A stretch of 64,000 bases of DNA from an uncultured delta proteobacterium. GTDB lineage: Bacteria > Myxococcota_A > Polyangia > Polyangiales > Polyangiaceae. Of the stretch, positions 26,774 through 39,365 are shown in pieces. The notes under the pieces are model-generated. The model did not search any database and was not told where the DNA came from. It worked only from the letters and a program-made list of their open reading frames with translations. Within the stretch, counting starts at the first letter, position 1; each line of letters starts with the position of its first letter. Position numbers and translations under genes: made by a program. The stretch is taken from positions 1,309,297-1,373,296 of the forward strand of contig CAWHDJ010000018.1 in assembly GCA_963827955.1 (NCBI GenBank), written 5' to 3'.

Positions 26774-29192
26774 TCACTGGACGTTGCAGACGAGATCGGT
26801 GCCAGGCGTCGAGCCGCACACGGTGGTGACGACGGTCGACTTGGTGATCGCGATCTGCGTCTCCGTGTCGCCCGACGCGTTCGGGATCTGGATCGCGGGC
26901 ATCGTGAAGGTCGCGGTCTTGTAGTTCGTCGAGCTGAACGTGGCGGTCCCGAGCATCTGGTTCCACGTCTGGAACGAGTCTCCCAGCTCTGCGGCCGGAA
27001 CCTGACCACAGATGAGGCCGCTGCCGGTGCACGCGATGTTGCCCCACTGGTTGAATCCCGTCGCACATCCGACGCCCATCGCGGCTCGACCGTTGGTGTA
27101 GCTCCAGCTCGTCATTCCGTTCGGCACCGGCGTACAAGCGCCCCAGGTGAGCGTCGTCCCCGCCAGCGTTCCGCTCGCGTTGTCCACGCACGGTCGGGAG
27201 ATGGTCGGCTTGACGTTCGTGCACGCGGTGCCGCCGGCCCCGCAGTTGGCGGTGCCGGCGGCGAGCATGCCGAGGCTCGCGTCGACGCCGACGACGAGCG
27301 TCCCCGTCTGGCCGAGCACGGTGACCGCTTGCGAGAAGTAGATCGGGAGGTACTGCTCGACGAGGTAGACGGGGCCTGCCGTCGGGGTCCCCGTCGCGTC
27401 GTTCGTGAAGCGGAGGCGCAGCATGCCCTGGGTGAAGGTCGCGGTGGTGAACGGCGAAGTGTCGCCTGCTCCCGTGAACTTCGGAGTGTTCGGGTGCGTG
27501 GCGCCGACGTTCTCCGTGACGTTGGCCGCCGCGATGGGGGCTTGCGAATCGCGAACGTGCCCGAGATGTGGTACACGACGTCGGTGTACGTCCCGCACGA
27601 GGACGACGTACACGTCGGCGCCGCGCTCCACGTCCCCGAGGCCCCGCAGGTCGGATCGCCGCCCTTCTTGGTGTAGCCCGTGTTGCACGTGTACGCCGCG
27701 GTCGCGCCGAAGGTGTCCGTGCTCCCGCCGCCGTCGCCCCCGCTCACCGTCGGCGCGCCTGCGTTGGTCACGGTCGGCGGAGCGCCGCAGTTGATCGGCG
27801 CGCAGGTCGGCGCCTGCCCCCACGTGCCGTTGGCGCCGCACGTCGGGTCGGCGCCGTTCAGGGTGTAGCCGGTGTTGCACGTGTACGCCGCGGTCGCGCC
27901 GAAGGTGTCCGTGCTCCCGCCGCCGTCGCCGCCGCTCACCGTGGGCGCGCCCGCGTTGGTCACCGCCGGCGGAGCGCCGCAGCTCACCGGCGCGCACGTG
28001 GGCGCGGGCCCGGTGAACATCCCGTCGGCCTGGCAGGTCGCCATCGCGGTCCCCATCAGCGTGTAGCCGCTGTTGCAGCTATACGTCACCGTGTTGCCGA
28101 ACGTGGCCGTCGGCGCCGAGACGGAGCCGTTGGCCGGCGCCGTCGCTCCCGAGCACGTCACGGGGGTGCTGCAGTTGGTGCCGGTCCAGCCCGGGTCGCA
28201 CGTGCCGCACGTGTAGCCGGTGCCGCCGACCGGCATGCAGCCCGTCATGCTGTGTACGCACGGGTCCGGCGTGCAGCCGGTCATGATCTGGGTGCAGGTC
28301 GGCGCCGTGCCGCTCCACGTCCCGTCCGCCTGGCAGGTCTGCGTCGCGTTGCCGGTGAGCGCATAGCCGCCGTTGCAACTATAGGTCGCGACGGTCCCGG
28401 TGGTGCCCATCGTCGGCGTGACGCTGCCGTTGGCCGGCGGAACGAGGTTGGGCGTGCAGGGGCTGGGCGCGCAGGTCGGCGCGGGGGTGGCGAACGTCCC
28501 GTCCGACTGGCAGTCCGAAACGGCGGTGCCATTGAGCGTGTAGCCCATGTCGCAGGCGTAGGTCACCGAGTTGCCGAACGTGGCGCTCGACGAGGAGACC
28601 GTGCCGTTGGCCGGCGCGACGGCGCCGGTGCACGAGACCGGCACGTCGCAGTTGGTGCCCATCCAGCCCGGGTCGCACGTGCCGCACGTGTACCCGGTCG
28701 CGCCCATCGTCATGCATCCGGTCATGCTGTTCACGCACGGATCGGGGGTGCACGCCGTGTTCGTCGTCCCGCTGGAGCTCGAGCTGGCGCTCGTGGTGGA
28801 GCTGGCGCTCGTGGTGGAGCTCGCGCTCGCGCCGCCGGCCCCGCTCGAGCTGCTGGCCGCGCCGCCCGCCCCGCCGCCACCGCTGCTCGACGAGGTGGCG
28901 CTGCCCCCGGTCCCGCCGGCGCCGCTGCTCGACGAGGTGGTGCTGCCCCCGGCTCCGCTGGAGCTGGTCGACGAGGTGGCCGCGCCCCGGCTCCGCTGGA
29001 GCTGCTCGACGAGGTGGCCTTTCCGGTGCCGCTGGAGCTGGTCGACGAGGTGGCCGTGCCGCCGGTGCCGCCCGCGCCCCCGCTGCCGGTGGCCGTGGTG
29101 ATGGTCGAGGAACCACAGCCTGCGGCCACGAGGCCCAGCGCGACGATGGGGAGCGCCGCGGAGCGGTGCGGAGACGAAGAGCGCATGTTCAT
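26774..29192 (-). CDS. large lipoprotein with EGF-like and Sushi/CCP domain repeats (two apparent frameshifts)
   Basis: Lipoprotein signal MNMRSSSPHRSAALPIVALGLVAAGC (ATG ~29192; ORF 28731..29282) plus an S/T/G linker. About 5 Sushi-like units (C..P....NG.V......G..V.Y.C..GY.L.G...C...G.W.G..P.C) interleave with EGF-like CDPGW(M/T)GTNC (ORF 27112..28734). The C-terminal domain is in ORF 26774..27997. Confidence 0.65.
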
Positions 29193-29544
29193 TTCACTCC
29201 TGCGCGTGGGAGGCGTACGCGCCGCCGAGGATCGAATACCCGCGCCGCGCGTCTGGCCCCGAAGAATGACCGGCGTCAGCAAGAAGACGAGGGGGGCGGC
29301 CGGTGGTCAAGCTCTTTCGATTCGCGTTGCCGCAATCGAACGCCGGCGCAGCGCGTCGAGCCCTCCGTGAGGCAAACCCGCGTGGCTCAGGGCGCGAACC
29401 GGCTGACGACGATGTTCCCGTTGCCGCACCCGTCGGTCACCCCGAGGATGGGCGTCGCGCCGCCGGACGGGGAGCTGGTCGACGACGAAGCGCTGCTCGA
29501 CGAGGAGCTGCTCCCCCTCACCCTCGGGCTACGGCACAGGAATT

Positions 29545-29949
29545 TCAGTTGGTGCTGTTGCAGGCCCAGACGACCACGTTGCAGGCGCCGCCGCCCTTCG
29601 ACGCGCACTCGGACTTGGCAGCGCCTTCGGCGGCGGCCTGGTTGCTCCCGAGCCCCGTGGTCATCAGGTTCTTCTTGGTGGTCGACTGCGCGAGCGCGCC
29701 GCACCCCTGATTCCAGGTCACGCGCACCGTGCACGAGCCACACTTGGCCGTCGCCGCGGACTTGGCCAGATCCTCGGTGAGCTGATCGTGGCTGTATCCC
29801 CAGCCACCCGTCTTCTCGTCGAAGGCGATGGCGGCGTGCTTCTGGGTCTTCGCCGCCATCTTGAGGAGCTTGCAGCCCGATGCGCCGATGCCCAGCGCGA
29901 TCATGGCCGTGGAGAAGGCTACAACGTACACCGCGCGTCCGAGTTTCAC
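29545..29949 (-). CDS. secreted DUF4189-family protein
   Basis: GTG at 29949 is preceded by GGAGGA. Signal/lipobox VKLGRAVYVVAFSTAMIALGIGASGC. DUF4189 hallmarks AIAFDEKTGGWGYS, CGSC, GCGALA and CNVVVWACN. Confidence 0.6.
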   Translation of the reverse strand: MKLGRAVYVVAFSTAMIALGIGASGCKLLKMAAKTQKHAAIAFDEKTGGWGYSHDQLTEDLAKSAATAKCGSCTVRVTWNQGCGALAQSTTKKNLMTTGLGSNQAAAEGAAKSECASKGGGACNVVVWACNSTN

Positions 29950-30047
29950 CTGGTTTCCTCCTCGAGTTCTTGCCTGTGGCGAATCGAGGTTACGCGTGAC
30001 GGCCTGGAAGGCAACAACCTCATCGAGCCGTAGCGTATCCTGCCGCG

Positions 30048-31117
30048 GTGAAGCCCCTCTGCGAGATGCCGCACCCAGCGCGCCTCCACCACGCGTTGTT
30101 CCTCGCCGTCGCCTTCGTCCTCTGCGCCTGCGGCGTGACGCTGCCGCACAACCTGGTGATGCGCGACGTCGGCTTCCCGCTCGGGGACCTCCGCTTTCCC
30201 TCGGGTTTGCGCGTGATCGTCGACGAGGACCATCGCGCGCCGGTGGTGGGGGTCTTCCTCCTCGTGGGCGCAGGCTCGACCAGCGACCCGAAAGGGAAGG
30301 AGGGGCTCGCCCACTACGTCGAGCACCTCGCGTTCCAGGCGCGGCCCGATGGAAGACGTCCATCTCGAGCCTCCTCGAGCGCGCGGGGGCGGCTTCGTTC
30401 AACGCCTCCACGGGCCTCGACTACACGATCTACTGGGAGCTGGGGCCGAAAGAGGCGCTCGCCCCGCTGGTGACGCTCGAAGGCGTGCGCTTGACGTCGG
30501 CCGTCGCCAACGTCACGCCCGAGGTCGCGGCCGTCGAGCGGGAGGTGGTGCGCAACGAGCTCAGGGAGCAGAATGAGACGGGGATCTACGGTTCGATCTT
30601 CAGCTACCTGCAGGCGGCCGTCTTCCCCGCAGGCCACCCGTACGCGCGGCCCGTCATCGGCAACCACGAGAGCCTCTCCTCCCTGACGCTCCAGGACGCG
30701 CAGCGCTTCGTCGCGGCAAGCTACCGGCCGGAGAACGTGACCCTCGTGATCGTCGGCGACGTCGATCTGCAGGCGGTGCAGCCGGTCGTGGAGCGGAGCT
30801 GGCCGCCCGAGCTGCTCGCCGGCGCGGCGGCGCACCCAGCAGCGCCGCGGATCAGCGACGTACCGCCGGAGCCGCCGGAGCCGCCCCCGGCGATCCTGGC
30901 GCGCGACCAGGAGGCCGTCGCCGCGCCCGAGCTGTGGATCGGCTGGTCGCTGCCGCGCAGCTTCCGCGGCGAGGGGTCCCTCGCTCCTTTCCTGGCGGCG
31001 GTGACGCAGAACGCGCTCTCGAACGGGCTCTGGCACGACGACGACATCGGGGCGATCCAAGTCCGCCTCGTCGAAGGCGCGGAGGCGTCGATGCTCCTCT
31101 GCCGCGTCGAGCCCTGA
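30048..31117 (+). CDS. M16-family (pitrilysin/insulinase-like) zinc peptidase, unit 1 (apparent frameshift near 30360)
   Basis: Signal peptide and inverted zinc motif HYVEHLAF (HxxEH) in ORF 30048..30473. The rest of the M16/M16_C domains are in ORF 29828..31117 (NETGIYGS..., RFVAASYRPENVTLVIVGDVD). Confidence 0.65.
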
Positions 31118-31150
31118 ACGCGGCGCGGCCCGAGCGGTCCCTCGATCCGC

Positions 31151-32790
<1,640 letters not shown>

Positions 32791-32799
32791 GCGCCGCCG

Positions 32800-32961
32800 G
32801 GCTCTGCCATTTCAGGCGTTATCCCGACGAGGGCCCGCGCCCGATGGTCGGCTAAATCACCGAGCGCGATCCTGACACAACGATGGAACCCGCGGGCTCA
32901 CGCCCGGGGTTCCATACGTTGCTCCCGGCTCCTTGAACGAGGATCGTGCTCGGTGATTTAG
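32800..32961. repeat. REP/MITE-like hairpin element (same family as 26543..26760)
   Basis: gctctgccatttcagg...ctaaatcaccgagcgcgatcctgacacaacgatggaacccgcgggctcacgcccggggttccatacgttgctcccggctccttgaacgaggatcgtgctcggtgatttag. Two arms in inverted orientation. Confidence 0.7.
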
Positions 32962-33289
32962 ATTCGCTCGACCTCGCACCCGAGCTTGTACGCGCTGAGG
33001 CCGCCCGCTTCGTTCACGTCGTCGATCTGGGTCCACATCGCGTTGCCCTCCGCGGCGACTCTACCGTATGGCCGAACCGGCCTCCACCGCCCGACGGACG
33101 GCCCCCTGATCCGCCAAGGATCTCGCCCCGTGAGGCGGCAGCTCAATCTGGCGGTGGGTGGCGGCGCGGCGCGTACAGTAGAGCGGTAACCGCTGAGCCC
33201 AGCGGGACACGCTCGCCGGTTGGTCTCCCCAATCCCCCACGGTCACGTCGCCGCGTGATCACCTGCACGGGGCGGCCAGGGCCGGGGGA

Positions 33290-34150
33290 TCGCGGCCCTG
33301 TGGAGCAAAGCGGGAGCGATGACCAGCGGAGCTGGAGCGATGCGGAGCGAAGCGGGTGCGATGCGGAGCGAAGTGGCTGCGATGCGGAGCGGAGCGGGGG
33401 CGATGCGGAGCGGAGCAGGGCCGCTGGGGAGCGAAGCAGGATTGCTGGAGGAAGGGAGATGGAATCGATGAGGAGGGAAGCAGGATCGCTGGGGAGCGAA
33501 GCGGGTGTGATGCGGAGCGAAGCTGGATCACTGGGGAGTGAAGCGGGGGTGCTGCGGAGCGGAGCGGGATCGCTGCGGAGCGGAGCGGGATCGCTGCGGA
33601 GCGGAGCGGGATCGCTGCGGAGCGGAGCGGGATTTCTGGGGGAGCGAAGCTGGTTTGCTGGGGAGCGAAGCAGGTGCGCTGCGGAGCGGAGCGGGGGTGC
33701 TGCGGAGCGAAGCGGGGGTGCTGGGGAGCGGAGCGGGGGCGATGGGGAGCGAAGCGGGTTTGCTGGGGAGCGAAGCGGGTTTGCTGGGGAGCGAAGCAGG
33801 TTTTCTGGGGGAGCGGAGCGGGTTTGCTGGGGAGCGAAGCCGGATTGCTGGGGAGCGGAGCGGGTGCGATGCGGAGCGGAGCGGGTGCGATGCGGAGCGA
33901 AGTGGGTGCGATGCGGAGCGAAGTGGGTGCGATGGGGAGCGGAGCGGGGGCGATGGGGAGTGAAGTGGGTGCGCTGGGGAGCGAAGTGGGTGCGTGGGGG
34001 AGCGGAGGGGGTGCGATGCGGAGCGGAACGGGTGCGATGCGGAGCGGAACGGGTGCGGTGCGAAGGGGAGCGGGAGCGATGGGGAGCGGGGCGGGCGCGA
34101 TGCGGAGCGGAGCGGGGGCGAAGCGGAGCGAGAGCGGAAGGGACGACCCC
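33290..34150. repeat. 21-bp minisatellite, ~40 tandem units (gcggagcgaagcgggtgcgat family)
   Basis: Head-to-tail units with sub-variants (gatgcggagcg / gctggggagcgaagcgggtttgct / gctgcggagcggagcgggatc). There are no intervening unique spacers. All six frames are open. Confidence 0.85.
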
Positions 34151-34380
34151 GACCGGGCCGCCGTGTCGAGGCACCGGGGCGACGACCGCCGTGCGGCCCC
34201 TTGCATACGCTGTGCGCCCGGTCTCCTGGCGGGCTCGAGATGGCTGAAATTCCTGGCGGTTCACCACGGCTCGACGAGCCCCCACGGGCTTGACCCGAGC
34301 AGGGTTTCTAGCACGGGGAGGGGTGAAGCCTGCGCGACGCTCGCGGTTGATTTACAATGTGCTCGCACATCGTCGAGCCC

Positions 34381-37300
34381 ATGACCACGGAGTCCACCAC
34401 CGCCCAGCACCTCGACATCGGCATCGTCGTCGCTCTCCCGGAGGAGCTCCGCACCTTCCTCGACCTCTGCGAGCGCTACGTCCCTCACCCCGACGATGAT
34501 CTGGACGCTTACGTCTTCACGCGCGGCCCCTACCGCTGTGCCGTCATCCTCGTCGGCGAGATGGGCCAGACGCACGCGGGCGTGTTCACCGAGCGGCTGA
34601 TCTCGGCGCTCGACCCGACCATCCTCGTCTCCATCGGCATCGCGGGCAGCGTGCACGACGATCTACACGTCGGCGACGTCCACGTCCCGTCGCAGGCCGT
34701 CCAGTACCTCCAGGACGCGAAAGCCGGGCCCGCGCAGAGCGGCGGCTTCGCCGTCGTGCCGGGCGCGCCCGCGTACCGTGCCGACTACGCGCTCCTCTCG
34801 GCCGTCCGCACCTTCGAGTTCGACCACCGTGCCGAGCACACGAAGTGGGTGGCCGACGCCGCAGCGGACCTCGCGGCCCTGCTCGCCGACGACGCCCAGC
34901 GCCAGGGCCTTGTCGCGGGCAAGCTGGTGCGCAGCGCCGCCAGACTCCTCGCAGACGGCCACGTCGCGACCGGCCCGGTCGTGGGCGCCGTCCCCGCGTT
35001 CGGCGCCTGGATCCACACGCACGACCGCAACGTGAAGTCGATCGAGATGGAATCCGCCGCCGTCCTCTCCGCCGCGCAGACCCGGAGCCAGCCGAAGCGG
35101 GCGCTCGCCATCCGCGCGATCTCCGACAAGGGCGACGCCGACAAGAAGAAGCTGGACGACATCGAGGACGGGGTGCTGCGCAGGTATGCGATGCGCAACG
35201 CCGTACGGCTCCTCTGGGCGCTGCTCGACGCGGAGGCGTTGCCGTTCGACGCCCGGCCGTCGACGAGCCCGGCCGACGTTCACATCGCCCGCCTGCCGGC
35301 CACGGGCCGGGAACTGTTCGGTCGGGAGGCGAGAGCTCGCGTGGCTCACCGCGTGCTGGGACGAAGGCGTCCGCGTGGCATCAATCGTCGCCCCCGGCGG
35401 CATGGGGAAGAGCTCGCTGGTGAACGAGTGGCTGAGGCGCATGGACGACGCCGGGTGGCGCGGGGCGACGCGGGTCTATGGATGGTCGTTCTACAACCAG
35501 GGGACCGACGGGCTGGCGTCGTCGGATGAGTTCTTCAGCCATGCGCTGCGGCGGTTCGGGGACACGGAGGCGGCGCCTATCTCCCCCTGGGAGAAGGGAG
35601 AGCGGCTCGCGGCGCTGGTAAGGAAGGAGCGGGCGCTCCTCGTCCTCGACGGCGTGGAGCCGCTGCAATGGGGGCGGGGAGAGCAGGAAGGCAAGCTCAA
35701 GGACCCTGCCTTGCTGGCGCTGCTGAAGGAGCTGGGTGGGCAGAATGTCGGGCTCTGCATCGTCACGAGTCGGATCGCGCTCACGGAGCTGGACGGGGTC
35801 GGCGGGGACAAGGTGCGGGCGAAAGCGCTAGACAAGCTCTCGGCAGCGGCCGGCGCAAAGCTGCTCAGAGCGCGCGGAGCGAAGGGGACTGACGAGGAGT
35901 TGAAGGAAGCCGCAGCGGAATATAAAGGGCACGGGTTGGCGCTCACCCTGCTCGGATCTTATGTGGCGGATGTCGCAGAGGGAGACATTCGAAGAAGGAG
36001 GGAGATTGGCCCGCTGCAAGCGGAAGAGCGGCTCGGTGGGCATGCGCGACGGGTGATGACGGCTTACGAGAAGTGGCTCGGGAAGCCCGAGGTCGCGATC
36101 CTTCGTATGCTCGGACTTTTCGACCGGCCTGCGGAAGAGGACGAGATCGCGGCGCTGCGTGCGGAGCCGGTGGTCCCGGGGCTGACGGACGCGCTGGTGG
36201 GCGTCGATGGACGGGCCTGGAAGAAAGCCGTCGCGAAGCTCGGGCGTGTAGGGCTCCTGGAGGAGCAGGAGCAGGACAAAGGGCTCGATGCTCACCCGCT
36301 GGTGCGCGAGCACTTCGGGGAGCAGCTCAAGGAGGAGCAGCCGGAGGCGTGGCGAGAGGGGCACCGGCGGCTGTATGAGCACTTGAAGAATAAGGCGAGG
36401 CCGTTGCCCGACACCATCGAGGAGATGGCGCCGCTTTATGCGGCGGTGGTGCATGGGTGCAGGGCGGGAGAGAACCAAGCCGTATTCGACGAGATCTACA
36501 ATGCACGTATCGAGCGTGGACAGGAGCGCTTCAACGAGGAAAGGCTCGGAGCTTTCAGTAGCGAGTTGGCCTTTCTCTCGGCTTTCTTCGAATCCACCTT
36601 GGGAGAAGGTGGCACCAGGACTCGGCGAGCCGGAACAGGCCCGGATCCTCAATAACGCAGGCTTCGGGCTCCGAGTGCTGGGTCGGCTGTCGGAGGCCAC
36701 GGGACCGATGCGGATGGGGTTGGAGCGCAACATCAAGCTGGGTGATTGGAAGAGCGCTGCCAGCGCTGCCGCCAACCTGGGCGGGCTCCTTCAAGCCCGC
36801 GGCAAGCTGAAAGAAGCTTTGGCGTCTGCCAGGAACGCCGTTGACTTCGCGGACAAGAGCGGTGATCCCTTCTCTCGTATCGACACCAGGGTGGGGGTAG
36901 CCGAGTTCCTCTTCGCAACGGGGCGCAGACCGGAGGCAGCTGCGCAATTCGAGGAAGCCGAGCAGATGCAGAAAGAGACCCGTCCACACCTCGGCTCGCT
37001 CCAGGGTTTCATGTATTGCGACTTCCTGCTTGACCAGGACCGGGACGCCGAGGTGCGGGAACGCGCATCGCAAACGCTGGAAGGGGCGAGGGAGCAGGGG
37101 GTGCTTCGCGACATCGCCCTCGACCATCTCTCCCTCGGCCGCGCTCACTTTCTCGCCCTCCAGCGCGGCGCTGGCGATGTCGCCCAAGCCGCCTTCCACC
37201 TACGGCAAGCCGTCGATGGCCTCCGCCATGCCGGTTACCAAGAGCACCTTCCTCGCGGCCTCTTTGCCCGCGCCGCCCTCCACACCCACACCCGCGCCTT

Positions 37301-38081
37301 CGACCTCGCCCGGCGCGACCTCGACGAAGCCCTAACCCTCGCCACCCGAAATGGCTTCCCCCTCTTCGAAGCCGACGCCCACCTCGGCCTCGCCCGCCTT
37401 TACCTCGCCGAGGGCAATCCCGCCGCCGCCCGCGAGCACCTCGACCGCGCGCGAACGATCGTCGACGCCATCGGCTACCACCGCCGCGACCGCGAGCTGG
37501 CCGAGCTGGACGCCGCCTGCCCGGCGCCTCTCCAGGCGGTCGACCTCTTCGTGATCCTCAAGCTCGCCGCCCTGAGAGACCCATCGGCGCCGGCGTCCAT
37601 CGTGGCGGAGCAGACCGGGCTCTCGAACGACGCGGTCGCGCTGTCCCTGCACAGGCTCGGGGCGATGGGGCTCTTGAAGGAGGAGGGGGAGCACCGGCGG
37701 ATCAACAAGCTCGCGCTTCGCAAATGTCTCGAGGACGCCGTCCGCTGGATCGCGCCGGCGGAGCTGGGGGGGCTGGAGGTCGGCCTCCCCACGGCGCACT
37801 CGGCGCCCCCGCTGGCGGCGAAGCTGATCGGCGACGACGACCCCATGGTGATCCCGCTCCCGCAAGGTCCGGCGCGAGGGCGCGCGGTCACGCCCTTGCA
37901 CCCCCTCGCACCCGGGGCCGCAGCGCGCGATCCCAAGCTCTACGCGTTGCTCGCCCTCGTGGACGCCCTCCGCATCGGCGGGGCGAGGGAGCGCGAAGTT
38001 GCGGCGAAGGAGCTCGGGCACATCTATGAGGGGCGCGGAGCACATCCGGGCGATCCGCGCGGTGGTCGCGGCGTTCGGTGA
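34381..38081 (+). CDS. STAND NTPase: N-terminal nucleoside-phosphorylase (PNP_UDP_1)-like domain + NB-ARC P-loop ATPase + TPR array (apparent frameshifts near 35300 and 36620)
   Basis: PNP-like domain (IGIVVALPEE...IGIAGS...IEMESAAV) in ORF 34357..35529. NB-ARC motifs GGMGKSSL (Walker A), LLVLDGVE (Walker B) and GLALTLLGSY (GLPL) in ORF 35186..36655. TPR-like helical repeats in ORF 36438..38081. The C-terminal ~170 aa may be a separate wHTH gene. Confidence 0.7.
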
Positions 38082-38721
38082 GCGGGCCGAGCACTTCGTG
38101 TTCGTCGGTGGCTGCGTGCTCGGGTTTTATGCGCGTGCGGAGGGGCCGCCGCTGCGGATGACGGAGGACGTCGATTGCATCTCCTCGCTCTCTCCGTGGT
38201 CCGCGCAGGCCAAGATCCTCGCCGAGCTGTGCGAGGCCGGCGTGATCGAACCCGACGAGTCTCTCTCGTGCCGGTACAGGATCGTCGGCGCGCCCGTGGT
38301 CGTCGACGTGCTCTCGCCCGAGGGCTTCAACGTCGGCGGCGTCAACCCGTGGTTCGCGCGCGCTGCCGAGCGCGCAGCTCGCTACGAGATTGGAGATGGG
38401 GATACCGTGCGAGCCGTCACCCCGCCGTACTTCCTCGTCACGAAGCTCGTCGCGTTCGTCGATCGTGGCCCCGACGCGCAGTCTAGCAAGGACGCCGAGG
38501 ACATCGTGGCGCTGGCCGTCGAGGTGCCTTCGCTCGTGGATGAGGTACAGGCAGAGGGGCTGCGCAAGGACGTCGCCGCTCTGTGGGAGCGCGTGTTCGA
38601 AAAGTACGGGTTCGCGCGCTCGGACCTGGCGGACTTCGTCGACTGGCACCTCGACCGAGGGGATCGGCCAGACCGGGATCGCGCCATTGGTATGCTGTCC
38701 GAGCTGGCCGAGGTAGGTTGA
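38026..38721 (+). CDS. nucleotidyltransferase-fold protein (AbiEii/DUF1814-like)
   Basis: ORF 37999..38721; the preferred start is MRGAEH. NTase signature FVGGCVLGFYARAEGPPLRMTEDVDCI (hGG x17 DhD). Confidence 0.5.
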   Translation: MRGAEHIRAIRAVVAAFGERAEHFVFVGGCVLGFYARAEGPPLRMTEDVDCISSLSPWSAQAKILAELCEAGVIEPDESLSCRYRIVGAPVVVDVLSPEGFNVGGVNPWFARAAERAARYEIGDGDTVRAVTPPYFLVTKLVAFVDRGPDAQSSKDAEDIVALAVEVPSLVDEVQAEGLRKDVAALWERVFEKYGFARSDLADFVDWHLDRGDRPDRDRAIGMLSELAEVG

Positions 38722-38990
38722 GCATCGAGCCCCGGCTTGCCGAGAACCAGGCGGGCAGGCGTCGGAGCGGTGGCCCCCTCTCGGACGGCGATGATCTTCC
38801 ATGCGCGCAGCTCCTTCCCAGCCGGGGCTTGGGGCGTCAATCGCTTCGGGCACGGGTCGACGTTGGGGCAGAACTCGATGCAGAGCCCGTACGCCGCATT
38901 GGCCGCTGCCCAGCACACTCTCCTGAGCGAGGAGCTCGAGAGCGACCTACACTCCTCGTTCCTCGCCTCCCAGTTACGTTCGCCGCGGCG

Positions 38991-39356
38991 CTACGTCACC
39001 TCTGCTCCCGCGCCTTCCGGTAGAGGAAGTCCACGACGATGAACCACACGGTCAGGAACGCCATGCCGAAGCCCCGCGCGACGTCGGAGCTGCCCGACCC
39101 TCTCGACGATCGTCCGGAGGACCAGCATCATCGCGATGCCGGCGAGGGCGAGCCTGCCGTACTTCACCCGAAGCGGGTCCGGCGGGTGCTTCCGGTTGCG
39201 GACGATCTGAAAGACCATCCAGCCAACGAAGCCCACCAGGAAGATGGCCACAGGGATGTCGGAGCGCTCACCGAGGCGCTCGACGACCCACGCCGCCACG
39301 CCCACGCCGGCGATGAGGGCAGCCCTCTGGATGTCGGTGCTGGTCACCTTGTTCAT
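38991..39356 (-). CDS. small membrane protein (2 TM)
   Basis: ATG at 39356 (MNKVTSTDIQRAALIAGVGVAAWVV...IFLVGFVGWMVFQIV). Lies 10 nt downstream of the preceding lipoprotein gene. Confidence 0.4.
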   Translation of the reverse strand: MNKVTSTDIQRAALIAGVGVAAWVVERLGERSDIPVAIFLVGFVGWMVFQIVRNRKHPPDPLRVKYGRLALAGIAMMLVLRTIVERVGQLRRRAGLRHGVPDRVVHRRGLPLPEGAGAEVT

Positions 39357-39365
39357 CTCGTCCCC

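Noticed and set aside
33290-34150. Possible CRISPR array (regular short repeats)
   Set aside because: Units are directly contiguous 21-mers with no unique spacer sequences between them, and repeat variants occur in blocks. No cas genes nearby. It is a minisatellite.
34200-34380. Possible tRNA or ncRNA between the minisatellite and the STAND gene
   Set aside because: I could not recognise a cloverleaf (no conserved GTTC...T-loop or anticodon-stem pattern) by eye. This cannot be excluded without tRNAscan or Infernal.
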